Origin: a bacterium
GTDB lineage: Bacteria; Cyanobacteriota; Sericytochromatia; S15B-MN24; VGJW01
Direction: 5' to 3'
Length of the DNA stretch: 64,000 bases
Assembly: GCA_021781555.1 (NCBI GenBank)
Contig: JAJXWQ010000006.1
Coordinates: forward strand, 1,560 to 65,559
Positions within the stretch are counted from its first letter, which is position 1. Each line of letters starts with the position of its first letter. The notes under the pieces are model-generated. The model was not told the origin of the DNA, did no database searches, and worked only from the letters and a program-made list of their open reading frames with translations. Both the position numbers and the translations under genes were made by a program. Positions 30,164-38,016 of this stretch are shown here, in pieces.

Positions 30164-30559
30164 ATGAACAATCGCAGGATCCGGGTCCTGATCGGCAAGC
30201 CGGGGCTCGACGGCCACGACCGCGGGGCCAAGGTGGTGGCGCGGGCGTTGCGGGATGCCGGCATGGAGGTCGTTTACACGGGCCTCCACCAGTCCCCCGA
30301 GGAGATCGTCAGCGCCGCCATCCAGGAGGACGTCGACATCGTCGGTCTCTCCTTGCTGTCTGGCGCCCACATGACCCTCGTGCCGGCCGTGATCGAGCAG
30401 CTTGCGCACGAGGGCGCCGGTGACATCAAGGTGATGGTCGGCGGCATCATTCCGGCGGCCGACGCCGAGGCGTTGCGGCAGCTGGGAGTCCTGTGCGTGT
30501 TCGGCCCGGGAACGCCCACCCATGCCATCGTCGAGGCGATCTCGGCGATTCACGTTTGA
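30164..30559 (+). CDS. cobalamin-binding domain protein (methylmalonyl-CoA mutase small subunit-like)
   Basis: [36 protein letters not shown] (DxHxxG motif) and [12 protein letters not shown] 30164 with AGGAGG 5 nt upstream (track start 30146). Confidence 0.85.
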   Translation: MNNRRIRVLIGKPGLDGHDRGAKVVARALRDAGMEVVYTGLHQSPEEIVSAAIQEDVDIVGLSLLSGAHMTLVPAVIEQLAHEGAGDIKVMVGGIIPAADAEALRQLGVLCVFGPGTPTHAIVEAISAIHV

Positions 30560-30651
30560 GGTCCCATGGCGAGAACTGCAGACCGGACCCGGTTGGAAGG
30601 CGGCGCCGGGACGACCGCGTCAGGGGTCCCGAACCGAGCTGAGCAGGCCTG

Positions 30652-30945
30652 ATGGTCGTCGGTGCGGTCTATCTCCGCCTGCATCTGCCCGGAGCCTCCT
30701 CGCTCAAGGACAAGCGACGTATCCTCCGCTCGGTCATCGAGCGCCTCAAGAACCGCTTCAACATTGCGGTTGCCGAGGTCGAGGACATGGACAAGTGGCA
30801 GGTGGCCGGCATCGGTCTGACCTCGGTCTCCAACGACTCGGGGCATGCCAACGAGATCCTGAGCAAGGCGGTCGACTTCGTCGAGAGCGGTCCCTGGGAG
30901 GCCGAGGTCATCGACTACGAACTCGAGCTGATGCACGTTTTTTGA
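30652..30945 (+). CDS. DUF503 (YlxP-like) protein
   Basis: 97 aa. LHLPGASSLKDKRRILRSVIERLKNRFNIAVAEVEDMDKWQ matches the DUF503 pattern. Confidence 0.75.
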   Translation: MVVGAVYLRLHLPGASSLKDKRRILRSVIERLKNRFNIAVAEVEDMDKWQVAGIGLTSVSNDSGHANEILSKAVDFVESGPWEAEVIDYELELMHVF

Positions 30946-31008
30946 TGCCATCGGAACGAGGATGTACCCGCAGCGCTCGGACCCAAGCAGAAAACGACCC
31001 GAAAGGCC

Positions 31009-31779
31009 TCAGGGTGCGGAATCGGGCGGCGATGCCGCCGCCGGGCAGTACCGAGCCAGCGGGCAGTCGCCGCACCGGGGGGAGACGGGCGCGCAGTGGT
31101 GGTGGCCGACCGCATCGATGAGCGCGTGGTATTCGTTGAAGAGCGCTGTGTCGGCAGGTAGGCGCGTCATGAAGAAGTCCCGCATCTCCTCGTAGCCGAT
31201 CCGCTCGTCGAAGTGGCCGAGGCGCGCGAAGATGCGCCGCGTATAGGCATCGACGGGGAAGCTCGGCAAGTCGCAGGCATAGACCAGGATGCAGTCGGCG
31301 GTCTCGCGGCCGATGCCGCGCACCGAGAGCAGCTCCGAGCGAAGCCTTTCCAGGGCGGTCGGATCCTGGACCAGAAAGGCATCGAGTTCCGGTCCGAAAC
31401 GCTCGGTGATCCAGGCGGCGAAGGCCTTGAGCTTGGCCGTCTTGGCCTTGTAGAACCGCGACGGGCGCACGAGCGGTTCGATGACCTGGGCCGGGGTCCG
31501 GTGCAGTGCGGCAAAATCCAGGAGGTTGGCGTTCTTGAGGTTCAAGAGCGCTTTCTTGACGTTGTGCCAGGAGACGGACTGGGTCAGGATCGCCCCGGCG
31601 ATCATCTCGGTCGGAGTCTCGGCCGGCCACCAGTGGCGCGGGCCGAAATGCGCCAGCATGGCCTCGAACAGGGCCATCAGGTCGGTATTCCCCGCCTCGC
31701 TCAGCACGTGGCGGGTGGCCGGACGCCGCGGTGTCGAGAGGGCGCTCGGGTTCCGAACGGGCGCTCCGGAGCCCTTCAA
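31009..31779 (-). CDS. endonuclease III-like HhH-GPD base-excision repair protein
   Basis: FGPRHWWPAETPTEM, HhH motif LLSVRGIGRETADCILVYA, FPVDAYTRR, and Fe-S loop C-x6-C-x2-C-x5-C (HCAPVSPRCGDCPLARYC). Start is either TTG 31779 (TTGA overlap with the kinase stop) or ATG 31677. Confidence 0.8.
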   Translation of the reverse strand: MKGSGAPVRNPSALSTPRRPATRHVLSEAGNTDLMALFEAMLAHFGPRHWWPAETPTEMIAGAILTQSVSWHNVKKALLNLKNANLLDFAALHRTPAQVIEPLVRPSRFYKAKTAKLKAFAAWITERFGPELDAFLVQDPTALERLRSELLSVRGIGRETADCILVYACDLPSFPVDAYTRRIFARLGHFDERIGYEEMRDFFMTRLPADTALFNEYHALIDAVGHHHCAPVSPRCGDCPLARYCPAAASPPDSAP

Positions 31780-32765
31780 GCTCGGGTTCCCACGCCGGCC
31801 TCGCTGCGACGGGCCCCTCCGCCGAGGCCGTGGCCATCCGAGGACGCTTGTGCGCCAAGGGGTAGGTGGACCGTGAACCTGGAGCCCTTGCCGGGTGAGC
31901 TTTCGACCTCGACGTGGCCGCCGTGGGCCTTGGCCAGGGCCTGGGCGATCGCCAGGCCCAGTCCGTGGCCCGTGGAGGCTCCGGGCTGATCGACGCGGAA
32001 GAACTTGGAGAAGAGCCTTGGCTGTAGCTCCTTGGGGATGCCGATGCCGGTGTCCGAGACGGAGATCTGCACCTCGTTGTCGATGTGGTGCCAGGCCACC
32101 GTGATCCGTCCGCCAGTGGGGGTGAACTTGACGGCGTTCGACAGGAGGTTATTCAAGATCTGGAGGATCCGGCCGGGATCGACGAAGAGGCCGGGGATGT
32201 CCGTGTCGCCAAAGGCTTCGAGGGTCTGCTTCTTGCAGGCGGCCAGCGGCCGGATCCCCTCGACGGCTTCGCGAAGGACCTCGGGGACCGAGATCCACTG
32301 CGGCTCGAGCCGGAATCTTCCGGCCTCCATCCGGGCGAAGTCGAGGAGATCCTCGAGCAGACGCCGCATCCGCTCGGTGGCGGTCAGGATCGCCTCCACC
32401 GAATCGCTCTGTTCGGGGGAAAGATGCCCGTCGGCTCGATCCTCGAGCAGCTCGGCGTGGCCCACGATCGTCGTCAGCGGAATGCGCAGGTCGTGGCTCA
32501 CCGTGTTCAGGAATTCGCCCTTGATGCGATCGGAGCGTTGCAACTCCTCGACCATGGCCTGCAGGCGTTCGTTGGCCAGCCTCAGCTCGGCATGGACGAC
32601 GGCCTCACGAGCTTCCTGGCGGCGGCTCTTGCGACCATAGACCAGACGCCCCAACCCGCACATCGCCGCGGCTGTTGCGAGCGCGACCACGGCTGGCTGG
32701 CGCCACGGCCCCTCTTGAGGCCCACGCGAGTCGCTTCTGGCTGGCAGGATCCGCCTCTCCTTCAT
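31776..32765 (-). CDS. sensor histidine kinase (single TM, no obvious sensor domain)
   Basis: H-box FLNTVSHDLRIPLTTI, N-box LLSNAVKFTP, and G-boxes DTGIGIP and GHGLGLAIA. ATG 32765 is preferred. No response regulator in the window. Confidence 0.88.
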   Translation of the reverse strand: MKERRILPARSDSRGPQEGPWRQPAVVALATAAAMCGLGRLVYGRKSRRQEAREAVVHAELRLANERLQAMVEELQRSDRIKGEFLNTVSHDLRIPLTTIVGHAELLEDRADGHLSPEQSDSVEAILTATERMRRLLEDLLDFARMEAGRFRLEPQWISVPEVLREAVEGIRPLAACKKQTLEAFGDTDIPGLFVDPGRILQILNNLLSNAVKFTPTGGRITVAWHHIDNEVQISVSDTGIGIPKELQPRLFSKFFRVDQPGASTGHGLGLAIAQALAKAHGGHVEVESSPGKGSRFTVHLPLGAQASSDGHGLGGGARRSEAGVGTRA

Positions 32766-32911
32766 CTGGGTGACAGCTTCGGGGCTCAATATAACTCCCG
32801 ACCCTCACCGGGTCAGGCAGGATCCCCCCCGGGGGCTGGCGTGCCACCGTTTTCGCACGCAAACGCCTCCCTGAGCTTCGCGACCGGCCGTCTGCCGAAA
32901 TGGGCCGGCCG

Positions 32912-34030
32912 TCACGGTGCCGGAGCGGACTCGAAGGTCGCCCGGGCGGGATCGTAGAGCAGGGGCACGGCGAGGGGCCCGGGATTCCTGGCCCTGGCGG
33001 AGCGCCGTCCCACGCCCACCAGCGTGAGGTCCACCGGGCCGCCGGACCTGGTGATCGGCCCTAGTTCCATCCGTGCCGGCCCCTCCACGGCCGGACCTAC
33101 CGCCAGGACCGGCACGCCCAGGTCATCTGCCAGGATCGAAAGGCTGCGTACCCACTCGGCGATCGCCTCGCGTTGCATCGGTTCGGCCTCGGGCGGGCCA
33201 GGCGGCTGCCAGCGGCCCACTCGACGCGGCACGGGGTTTGCCTGGCCTGCCGGGCCGGTGGGAGCCCCGGGCGCTGCCGCCGGCACGACCTGGCTGACAC
33301 CCTGTGCCAGTGCGGCCAGGTCATCGAGGACCAGCAGGGCACCGCGGGCGCGGTAGTGCCGGATCGACCCGACGAGGCGGGCGCGGATCTGGGGGACGCC
33401 GGGCGCGGCCTCGGGTGTGACGATGGCCAGGCGCTCGCGGATGGGCCGAAAGCGCTCGGCGACATCGCGAGCCCGGGCGAGGTCGCCCGGAGCGGCGGTC
33501 CCGGCCACACGCGCCAGAGCCTTGAGCACGAGATCCCGAGGATTGCCGACCGTGGCCACGTAAAGTACCGGGTGGCTGGCAGCGACGTGGCAGGCGATCT
33601 GGTGCAAGAGGGCGCGCGCGGGCTCGGGGGCGCCGGTCAGCAGGTAGAGGCGGCCGGTCAGAGGACCGAGGTCCTCGTCCAGCGCCTCGATCCCGGTCGC
33701 GAGCAAGATCTGCTGGGGTTGGTCCTCCTGGAGACGCCGGCGGCTGCGCTCGCGACGCTTGATGAGGACCGCGAAGGGATCGGTGGGCTGGCCCTGGAAA
33801 TCCGAGGCATCGGATCCCAGGTCCATGTCGGGCTCGGGCTCCGAACCGCCGGATCGCCGCCGGCCGGAGCCGCCCTCGCGCTCGGACCACCTGGGGTCGG
33901 AATCCTCGATGCCGAGATTATCCTGGCGTCCGCGGACCCCGTGGCCCAGCTGCGACCCGTAGGCCGTGACGGCGTTGGCCGCTTCCATTCCGGTCTGGCT
34001 GTCCAGTTCCCGGCCGGTTCTTTCGAGCAC
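32912..34030 (-). CDS. DnaB C-terminal/RecA-superfamily-like protein with a degenerate Walker A
   Basis: ATGIEALDEDLGPLTGRLYLLTGAPEPARALLHQIA is collinear with the DnaB_C pattern TGfxxLDxxxGGlxxGdLiiiaarPsmGKTafaL, but GKT is replaced by ARA. Walker-B-like ALLVLDDLAAL. The C-terminus LADDLGVPVLAVGP...GGPVDLTLVGV resembles the DnaB_C end. The first ~110 aa are disordered and charged. Confidence 0.5.
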   Translation of the reverse strand: MLERTGRELDSQTGMEAANAVTAYGSQLGHGVRGRQDNLGIEDSDPRWSEREGGSGRRRSGGSEPEPDMDLGSDASDFQGQPTDPFAVLIKRRERSRRRLQEDQPQQILLATGIEALDEDLGPLTGRLYLLTGAPEPARALLHQIACHVAASHPVLYVATVGNPRDLVLKALARVAGTAAPGDLARARDVAERFRPIRERLAIVTPEAAPGVPQIRARLVGSIRHYRARGALLVLDDLAALAQGVSQVVPAAAPGAPTGPAGQANPVPRRVGRWQPPGPPEAEPMQREAIAEWVRSLSILADDLGVPVLAVGPAVEGPARMELGPITRSGGPVDLTLVGVGRRSARARNPGPLAVPLLYDPARATFESAPAP

Positions 34031-34113
34031 GATCTCCCTTCCGCACGCTGGCTGCCGGCCCCCGACCGGCCAGCTGCATTATTCCCCGATCGCCGGGCGT
34101 CAGGCGAAGCCGG

Positions 34114-34701
34114 TCATAGGGTAAGGTCTCCCGGCCCCATCCGGTCGGGGCGAAATCGCCCTGGCGCCGCGCCACGGCCGGAGACAGCCGGCACCGTGAC
34201 GCCTTCGATTTCGAGCAGCCGGGCCTGGGTCGCGATACCCCCGGAGGCCGAAAATCCGCGCAGCTTGCCTCCGGAGGCGAGCACGCGATGGCACGGGATG
34301 ATGAGGGGAACCGGATTCTTTCCCAGAACCCGGCCGACCGCCCGGGCGGCACCCGGGGCGCCCACGGCAGCCGCCAGATCTCCGTAGGTGACCGTGCAAC
34401 CGCTACGAACGCGGCGCAATTCGCCATAGACCTTGAGGGCGAAGGGCGAGCCATCGTGCAGGTCGACCGGGACCTCCGAGAGATCCTGGCCAGCGCCCTC
34501 GAGGTGGCGCTGGATGGCCCCTACGGCGCTCGAGATCCAGCTGGGCGGCTGGTGGGCAGCAACTCCCTCTGCGTCGGCCAGGAGCGCAGCTAGCAGCCGC
34601 TCCTGGCTTGGCTCCGGGAGCTGCGTGCGGACGACACCGTGGTCTTGCCACAGCATCCCGCAGGTCCCGAAGACCGTTTCGAAGAGCAGGTAATGCTTCA
34701 T
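34114..34701 (-). CDS. ogt: methylated-DNA--protein-cysteine methyltransferase
   Basis: TYGDLAAAVGAPGAARAVGRVLGKNPVPLIIPCHRVL (PCHR active site). Confidence 0.9.
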   Translation of the reverse strand: MKHYLLFETVFGTCGMLWQDHGVVRTQLPEPSQERLLAALLADAEGVAAHQPPSWISSAVGAIQRHLEGAGQDLSEVPVDLHDGSPFALKVYGELRRVRSGCTVTYGDLAAAVGAPGAARAVGRVLGKNPVPLIIPCHRVLASGGKLRGFSASGGIATQARLLEIEGVTVPAVSGRGAAPGRFRPDRMGPGDLTL

Positions 34702-34781
34702 GTCGTCTCGCTTGGGTGGCCGGGGTGGACCGGGACTCGCCTGGCCACCCGGGCCCGATCCTTTCTAGCTGAAAAAGAGAC

Positions 34782-36143
34782 TCAGCGCATGCCTTTTCCG
34801 AGGACCAGCACCGTGCCGCTGGTGGTCGCTGCCACCCGCGCACCGGTCAGCGCCGGTCCGAGCTCCTGCCACTGCCGACGGCTGAGCACGGCTGCTCCCA
34901 CCGAGGGCCACCGTGCCACCAGTTCCTTGGGCCCGACCCGGTCCTCGGGGTGATCGAGGTAGTAGATGAAGGCAGGCCGGACGAGCCGCGCGAGGGTGAG
35001 GATACCCGAACCTGGCACGCGGGCGGCGGCATGGGCCAGCGGACGCAGGTCCGGTGCATAGCGCTCCTCCCAGTTCAAGGTGGTGGCCACGAATCCGAGC
35101 AGGATGGCGAGGGTGGCGCCCACCAGGACCCAGGGCAACCACGGTCGCCGGGCCGCGAGAGGCAGTGCGTCGAGCGCGCCCGCCGTCAGGAGCGCGAGCG
35201 CAGGATAGGCAGGCACGACGTACCACGGAAGCTTGGTCGCGACCACGGAGAAGGGGACGACCACCACCATGGTCCAGCTGACCCCGAGGCGCACCCAGGT
35301 CCGGTGCCGCAGGCGCCAGAGGAGGGGCAGGCTCGCCACGAGCACCAGGAACCACGGTTCGTCGAGCATCGCGATCCGGGCCAGGTAGAACCACCACGGC
35401 CCCCGGTGCCCATCGAGCACGGTAGTTGCGCGAGCCAGGATATGGTATCCGAAATGAGCCGCCAGGAAGGCTTCTCCCTGCCGCTGGAACTCGGCCAGAT
35501 ACCACGGCAGGCAGAGCGCCAGCCCCAGCAGGAATCCGGCCGGGAACCAGGCGGTACGCCAGGTGCCGAAGTCCCGCTCCCAGAGGGCGAAGACGACGAG
35601 GAGCCCGATCGCCAGGATGGCGACGGGGCCCTTGATCATCCAGGCGATTCCGACCGCCAGGCCCACCACGACTCCCCAGCGGCGATCCTTCCGGGCGGCC
35701 AGGTAGGCGGCGACCGCCAGGGTCACGGCTGCCGTGACCGGGACGTCGAGCATGGCCATCCGGCCCGCCTTGACGAAGGGCAGCGATGTTCCGAGGACCA
35801 CGGCGGACAGCAAGGCTGGCCGGATGCGTCCAAAGAGCAGCCAGCCGATCCAGAGCATCAAGAACAGGCAGGCCACCGCTGCGACCACCGAGGGCAGCCG
35901 CGCGGCCCATTCGCTGCGACCGAAGGTGGCGAAGCTCGCGGCGATCGCCCAGATCCCGAGCGGCGGCTTGTCGAAGAAGGGACGGCCACGCCAGTGCAGC
36001 GTGATCCAGTCGCCGCTGCGCAGGAGCTCCTTGGCTACCTGCCCGTACCAGGCCTCGTCCCAGTCATAGAGGTAATCCCGGCCGAGGAAGGGGACGAAGA
36101 CGACCAGCGCGAGCAAGGCCACGGCGAGGATCGCCCGGCTCAC
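34782..36143 (-). CDS. ArnT/PMT-like (GT39/GT83) membrane glycosyltransferase
   Basis: 453 aa, more than 10 TM segments. N-terminal DWDEAWYGQVAKELLRSGDWITLHWRGRPFFDKPPLGIW is typical of the family. GTG start. Confidence 0.8.
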   Translation of the reverse strand: MSRAILAVALLALVVFVPFLGRDYLYDWDEAWYGQVAKELLRSGDWITLHWRGRPFFDKPPLGIWAIAASFATFGRSEWAARLPSVVAAVACLFLMLWIGWLLFGRIRPALLSAVVLGTSLPFVKAGRMAMLDVPVTAAVTLAVAAYLAARKDRRWGVVVGLAVGIAWMIKGPVAILAIGLLVVFALWERDFGTWRTAWFPAGFLLGLALCLPWYLAEFQRQGEAFLAAHFGYHILARATTVLDGHRGPWWFYLARIAMLDEPWFLVLVASLPLLWRLRHRTWVRLGVSWTMVVVVPFSVVATKLPWYVVPAYPALALLTAGALDALPLAARRPWLPWVLVGATLAILLGFVATTLNWEERYAPDLRPLAHAAARVPGSGILTLARLVRPAFIYYLDHPEDRVGPKELVARWPSVGAAVLSRRQWQELGPALTGARVAATTSGTVLVLGKGMR

Positions 36144-36220
36144 ATCGCGCGCAGTACTCGCCGATGCTCGGAGTTGCGGGTCCGCGGGATCCCCGCGCGT
36201 GGCGGAAGGTTGCCCGGATA

Positions 36221-36613
36221 TCAGCTCTGGTGCCGCTTTACGTCCTCGAAGCTGAGGTTGCCGGCAGCGAGCCCGTTGCGAACGTAAGCCATGAGCGCCT
36301 CTTCGTGGGCACCGAGGTTGACGTCGCTGCCCAGGGCGTGCTTGAGGGACTTCTTGACCAGCGTGGCGAGATCCGGCGACTGGCGCACCAGATCGCAGGC
36401 CGTACGCGGCTCGAGTGGATTGGCCGGAGCTCCGGCAAGTTGCGCGAGGCGATCCGCGGCGTTGATGCCTGCGGGCTTGGTGCCGCTGAACCTGGCCGAG
36501 TCGACGGGCTGGCCGCCCTTGGCACCTGCACCCTTGCCCAGGTTTGCCCCGGTGCCGCGATTGGGCTTGGGCCAGAAGCCACCAAGACCACCGTTGCGAG
36601 TAACCGAACTCAT
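36221..36613 (-). CDS. hypothetical Gly-rich protein (possible FlgM-like, speculative)
   Basis: Strong GC3 in this frame, unlike the overlapping ORFs. GGGAG lies 6 nt before ATG 36613. The N-terminal ~45 aa are Gly/Lys/Pro-rich. The C-terminus EEALMAYVRNGLAAGNLSFEDV loosely resembles the FlgM C-terminal helix. Confidence 0.5.
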   Translation of the reverse strand: MSSVTRNGGLGGFWPKPNRGTGANLGKGAGAKGGQPVDSARFSGTKPAGINAADRLAQLAGAPANPLEPRTACDLVRQSPDLATLVKKSLKHALGSDVNLGAHEEALMAYVRNGLAAGNLSFEDVKRHQS

Positions 36614-36716
36614 TCGCATCTCCCAGGACGTCGGCATTGCGGCCAGACGGTTCCAGAGTCTATTCCTCTGGCTCTCCTATCGCATGTATGAGGCTCAGCC
36701 TTGCGAGGTGAAGCCC

Positions 36717-36757
36717 AGATTAAACACGGATTTTACAATTCTTTTAAACTTCAGAAG
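36717..36757 (-). promoter_or_regulatory. AT-rich island, candidate promoter for 36221-36613
   Basis: The minus strand reads gaagTTTAAAagaattgtaaaatccgtgTTTAATct (TTTAAA-N18-TTTAAT), in an otherwise GC-rich context. Confidence 0.3.
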
Positions 36758-36760
36758 CCC

Positions 36761-37930
36761 TTACCAGGTGGCCGAGTGGGCGTCGTCGATGACCTCATGA
36801 ATCTCGCCGGTCCTGACGTTGAGGGCATAGAGGTCGGACTCTTCACCCACCACGCCCCGGTGAACGTTGCTCTCGAAGAGGATCTCGTCCCCCAGCGGGC
36901 TGAAGCATGGATTGCGAGCGTACCCCCCGTCGGGCATCGAGGTGAGCTTACGCGGCTGGGGGGCCTCCAGCGCCGCTTCGTAGAGGTCCCACTGGCCCTC
37001 GCGATTGCTGGAGAACACGAGCTGCTGGCCGTCGGGGCTCCACGCGGGTTCGATGGCGTTGAATCCCGTCAGGAACGGGTGCTGGTCGCCCCCCGTGGGG
37101 CGGGTGAGCCAGAGTTCGGAGGGACGGCTCGGGAAGTGGCGGCTCCAGGCGATCCAGTTGCCGTGCGGAGACCAGGCAGGATCGCTCTCCTGGGCCCCGC
37201 TCACCAGATCCCGCTGCTCGCCCGTGAAGACGTTCAGCCACTCGAGGTCGGTCGTGGTCCCGAGATCCGACGAATTGATCGCCACCGAGAAGATCATCTG
37301 GCGGCCGTCCTCGCACCAGCGCAGCTCGGAGGCGCTGTCGGGGACGTCGGCGAGGAAGCGCCCGCCGCTGCCGTCGCGGTCCCGGGTGTAGATCTTGGTG
37401 CGACCCGGGATGCGATCGATGAAGGCGAACTGGGTGCGGTCGCGATTCCACGTCGGAGAGGCCGCCGTGCCCTCGATGGCGGCGGTGAGATCCTCGGGGT
37501 GGATCCCGGCGGGATCGACGCTCCAGATATGCCCGCCGCGGACGAAGAGGATGGTCTCGTCGGGGAGGCGGTAGCCGGGCGGCACGACGTAGAGGTCGAT
37601 GCCACGGTCCTCACCGGGGGCGAGAACCACGGGACGGGTGAGCAGCTGGTGGCCGGTCGAGCTCACCAGGATCGTGACGTGAGAGGGCAGGCCGGCAAGG
37701 GTGAAGCCGCCCTGCGAGTCGGATAGGGCCTTGCCCACCACGCTCTTTCCGGCCAGGGCCTCGACGCGGGCTCCGCGGACCGGCTCGCCGGTCGCGTAGT
37801 CGTGGACCTCGCCGGACACGGAAGCCGCCGTACGGGTTTCGTGCGGGCAGCCGGCGAGCAGGGCGGTTGCCGCCAGGGTGACAAGGCTCAGGCGGACCCG
37901 GAGCGAGGGCGTGGCAGGGGTGCTATGCAT
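36761..37930 (-). CDS. TolB-like WD40/PD40 beta-propeller lipoprotein with an N-terminal carboxypeptidase-regulatory-like domain
   Basis: ATG 37930 (track ORF is extended). Lipobox LLAGC. SGEVHDYATGEPVRGARVEA...DSQGGFTLAGL. PD40 repeats (PAWSPDGQQLVFSSNREGQWDLY, DPAWSPHGNWIAWS). Confidence 0.75.
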   Translation of the reverse strand: MHSTPATPSLRVRLSLVTLAATALLAGCPHETRTAASVSGEVHDYATGEPVRGARVEALAGKSVVGKALSDSQGGFTLAGLPSHVTILVSSTGHQLLTRPVVLAPGEDRGIDLYVVPPGYRLPDETILFVRGGHIWSVDPAGIHPEDLTAAIEGTAASPTWNRDRTQFAFIDRIPGRTKIYTRDRDGSGGRFLADVPDSASELRWCEDGRQMIFSVAINSSDLGTTTDLEWLNVFTGEQRDLVSGAQESDPAWSPHGNWIAWSRHFPSRPSELWLTRPTGGDQHPFLTGFNAIEPAWSPDGQQLVFSSNREGQWDLYEAALEAPQPRKLTSMPDGGYARNPCFSPLGDEILFESNVHRGVVGEESDLYALNVRTGEIHEVIDDAHSATW

Positions 37931-38016
37931 CGTGTGGCGATCATAGCCCAACCGGGACCGGACGCTAGCGGGGAGGGGGGAGTCTCCCTCTCTCCGGCTG
38001 CGCTCGGGATGGCCGC

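Noticed and set aside
36164-36691. Plus-strand 175-aa ORF and minus-strand 117-aa ORF (36238-36591) overlapping the Gly-rich gene.
   Set aside because: Codon third-position GC and amino-acid composition favour the 36221-36613 minus frame. The alternatives are Arg/Pro-rich out-of-phase frames.
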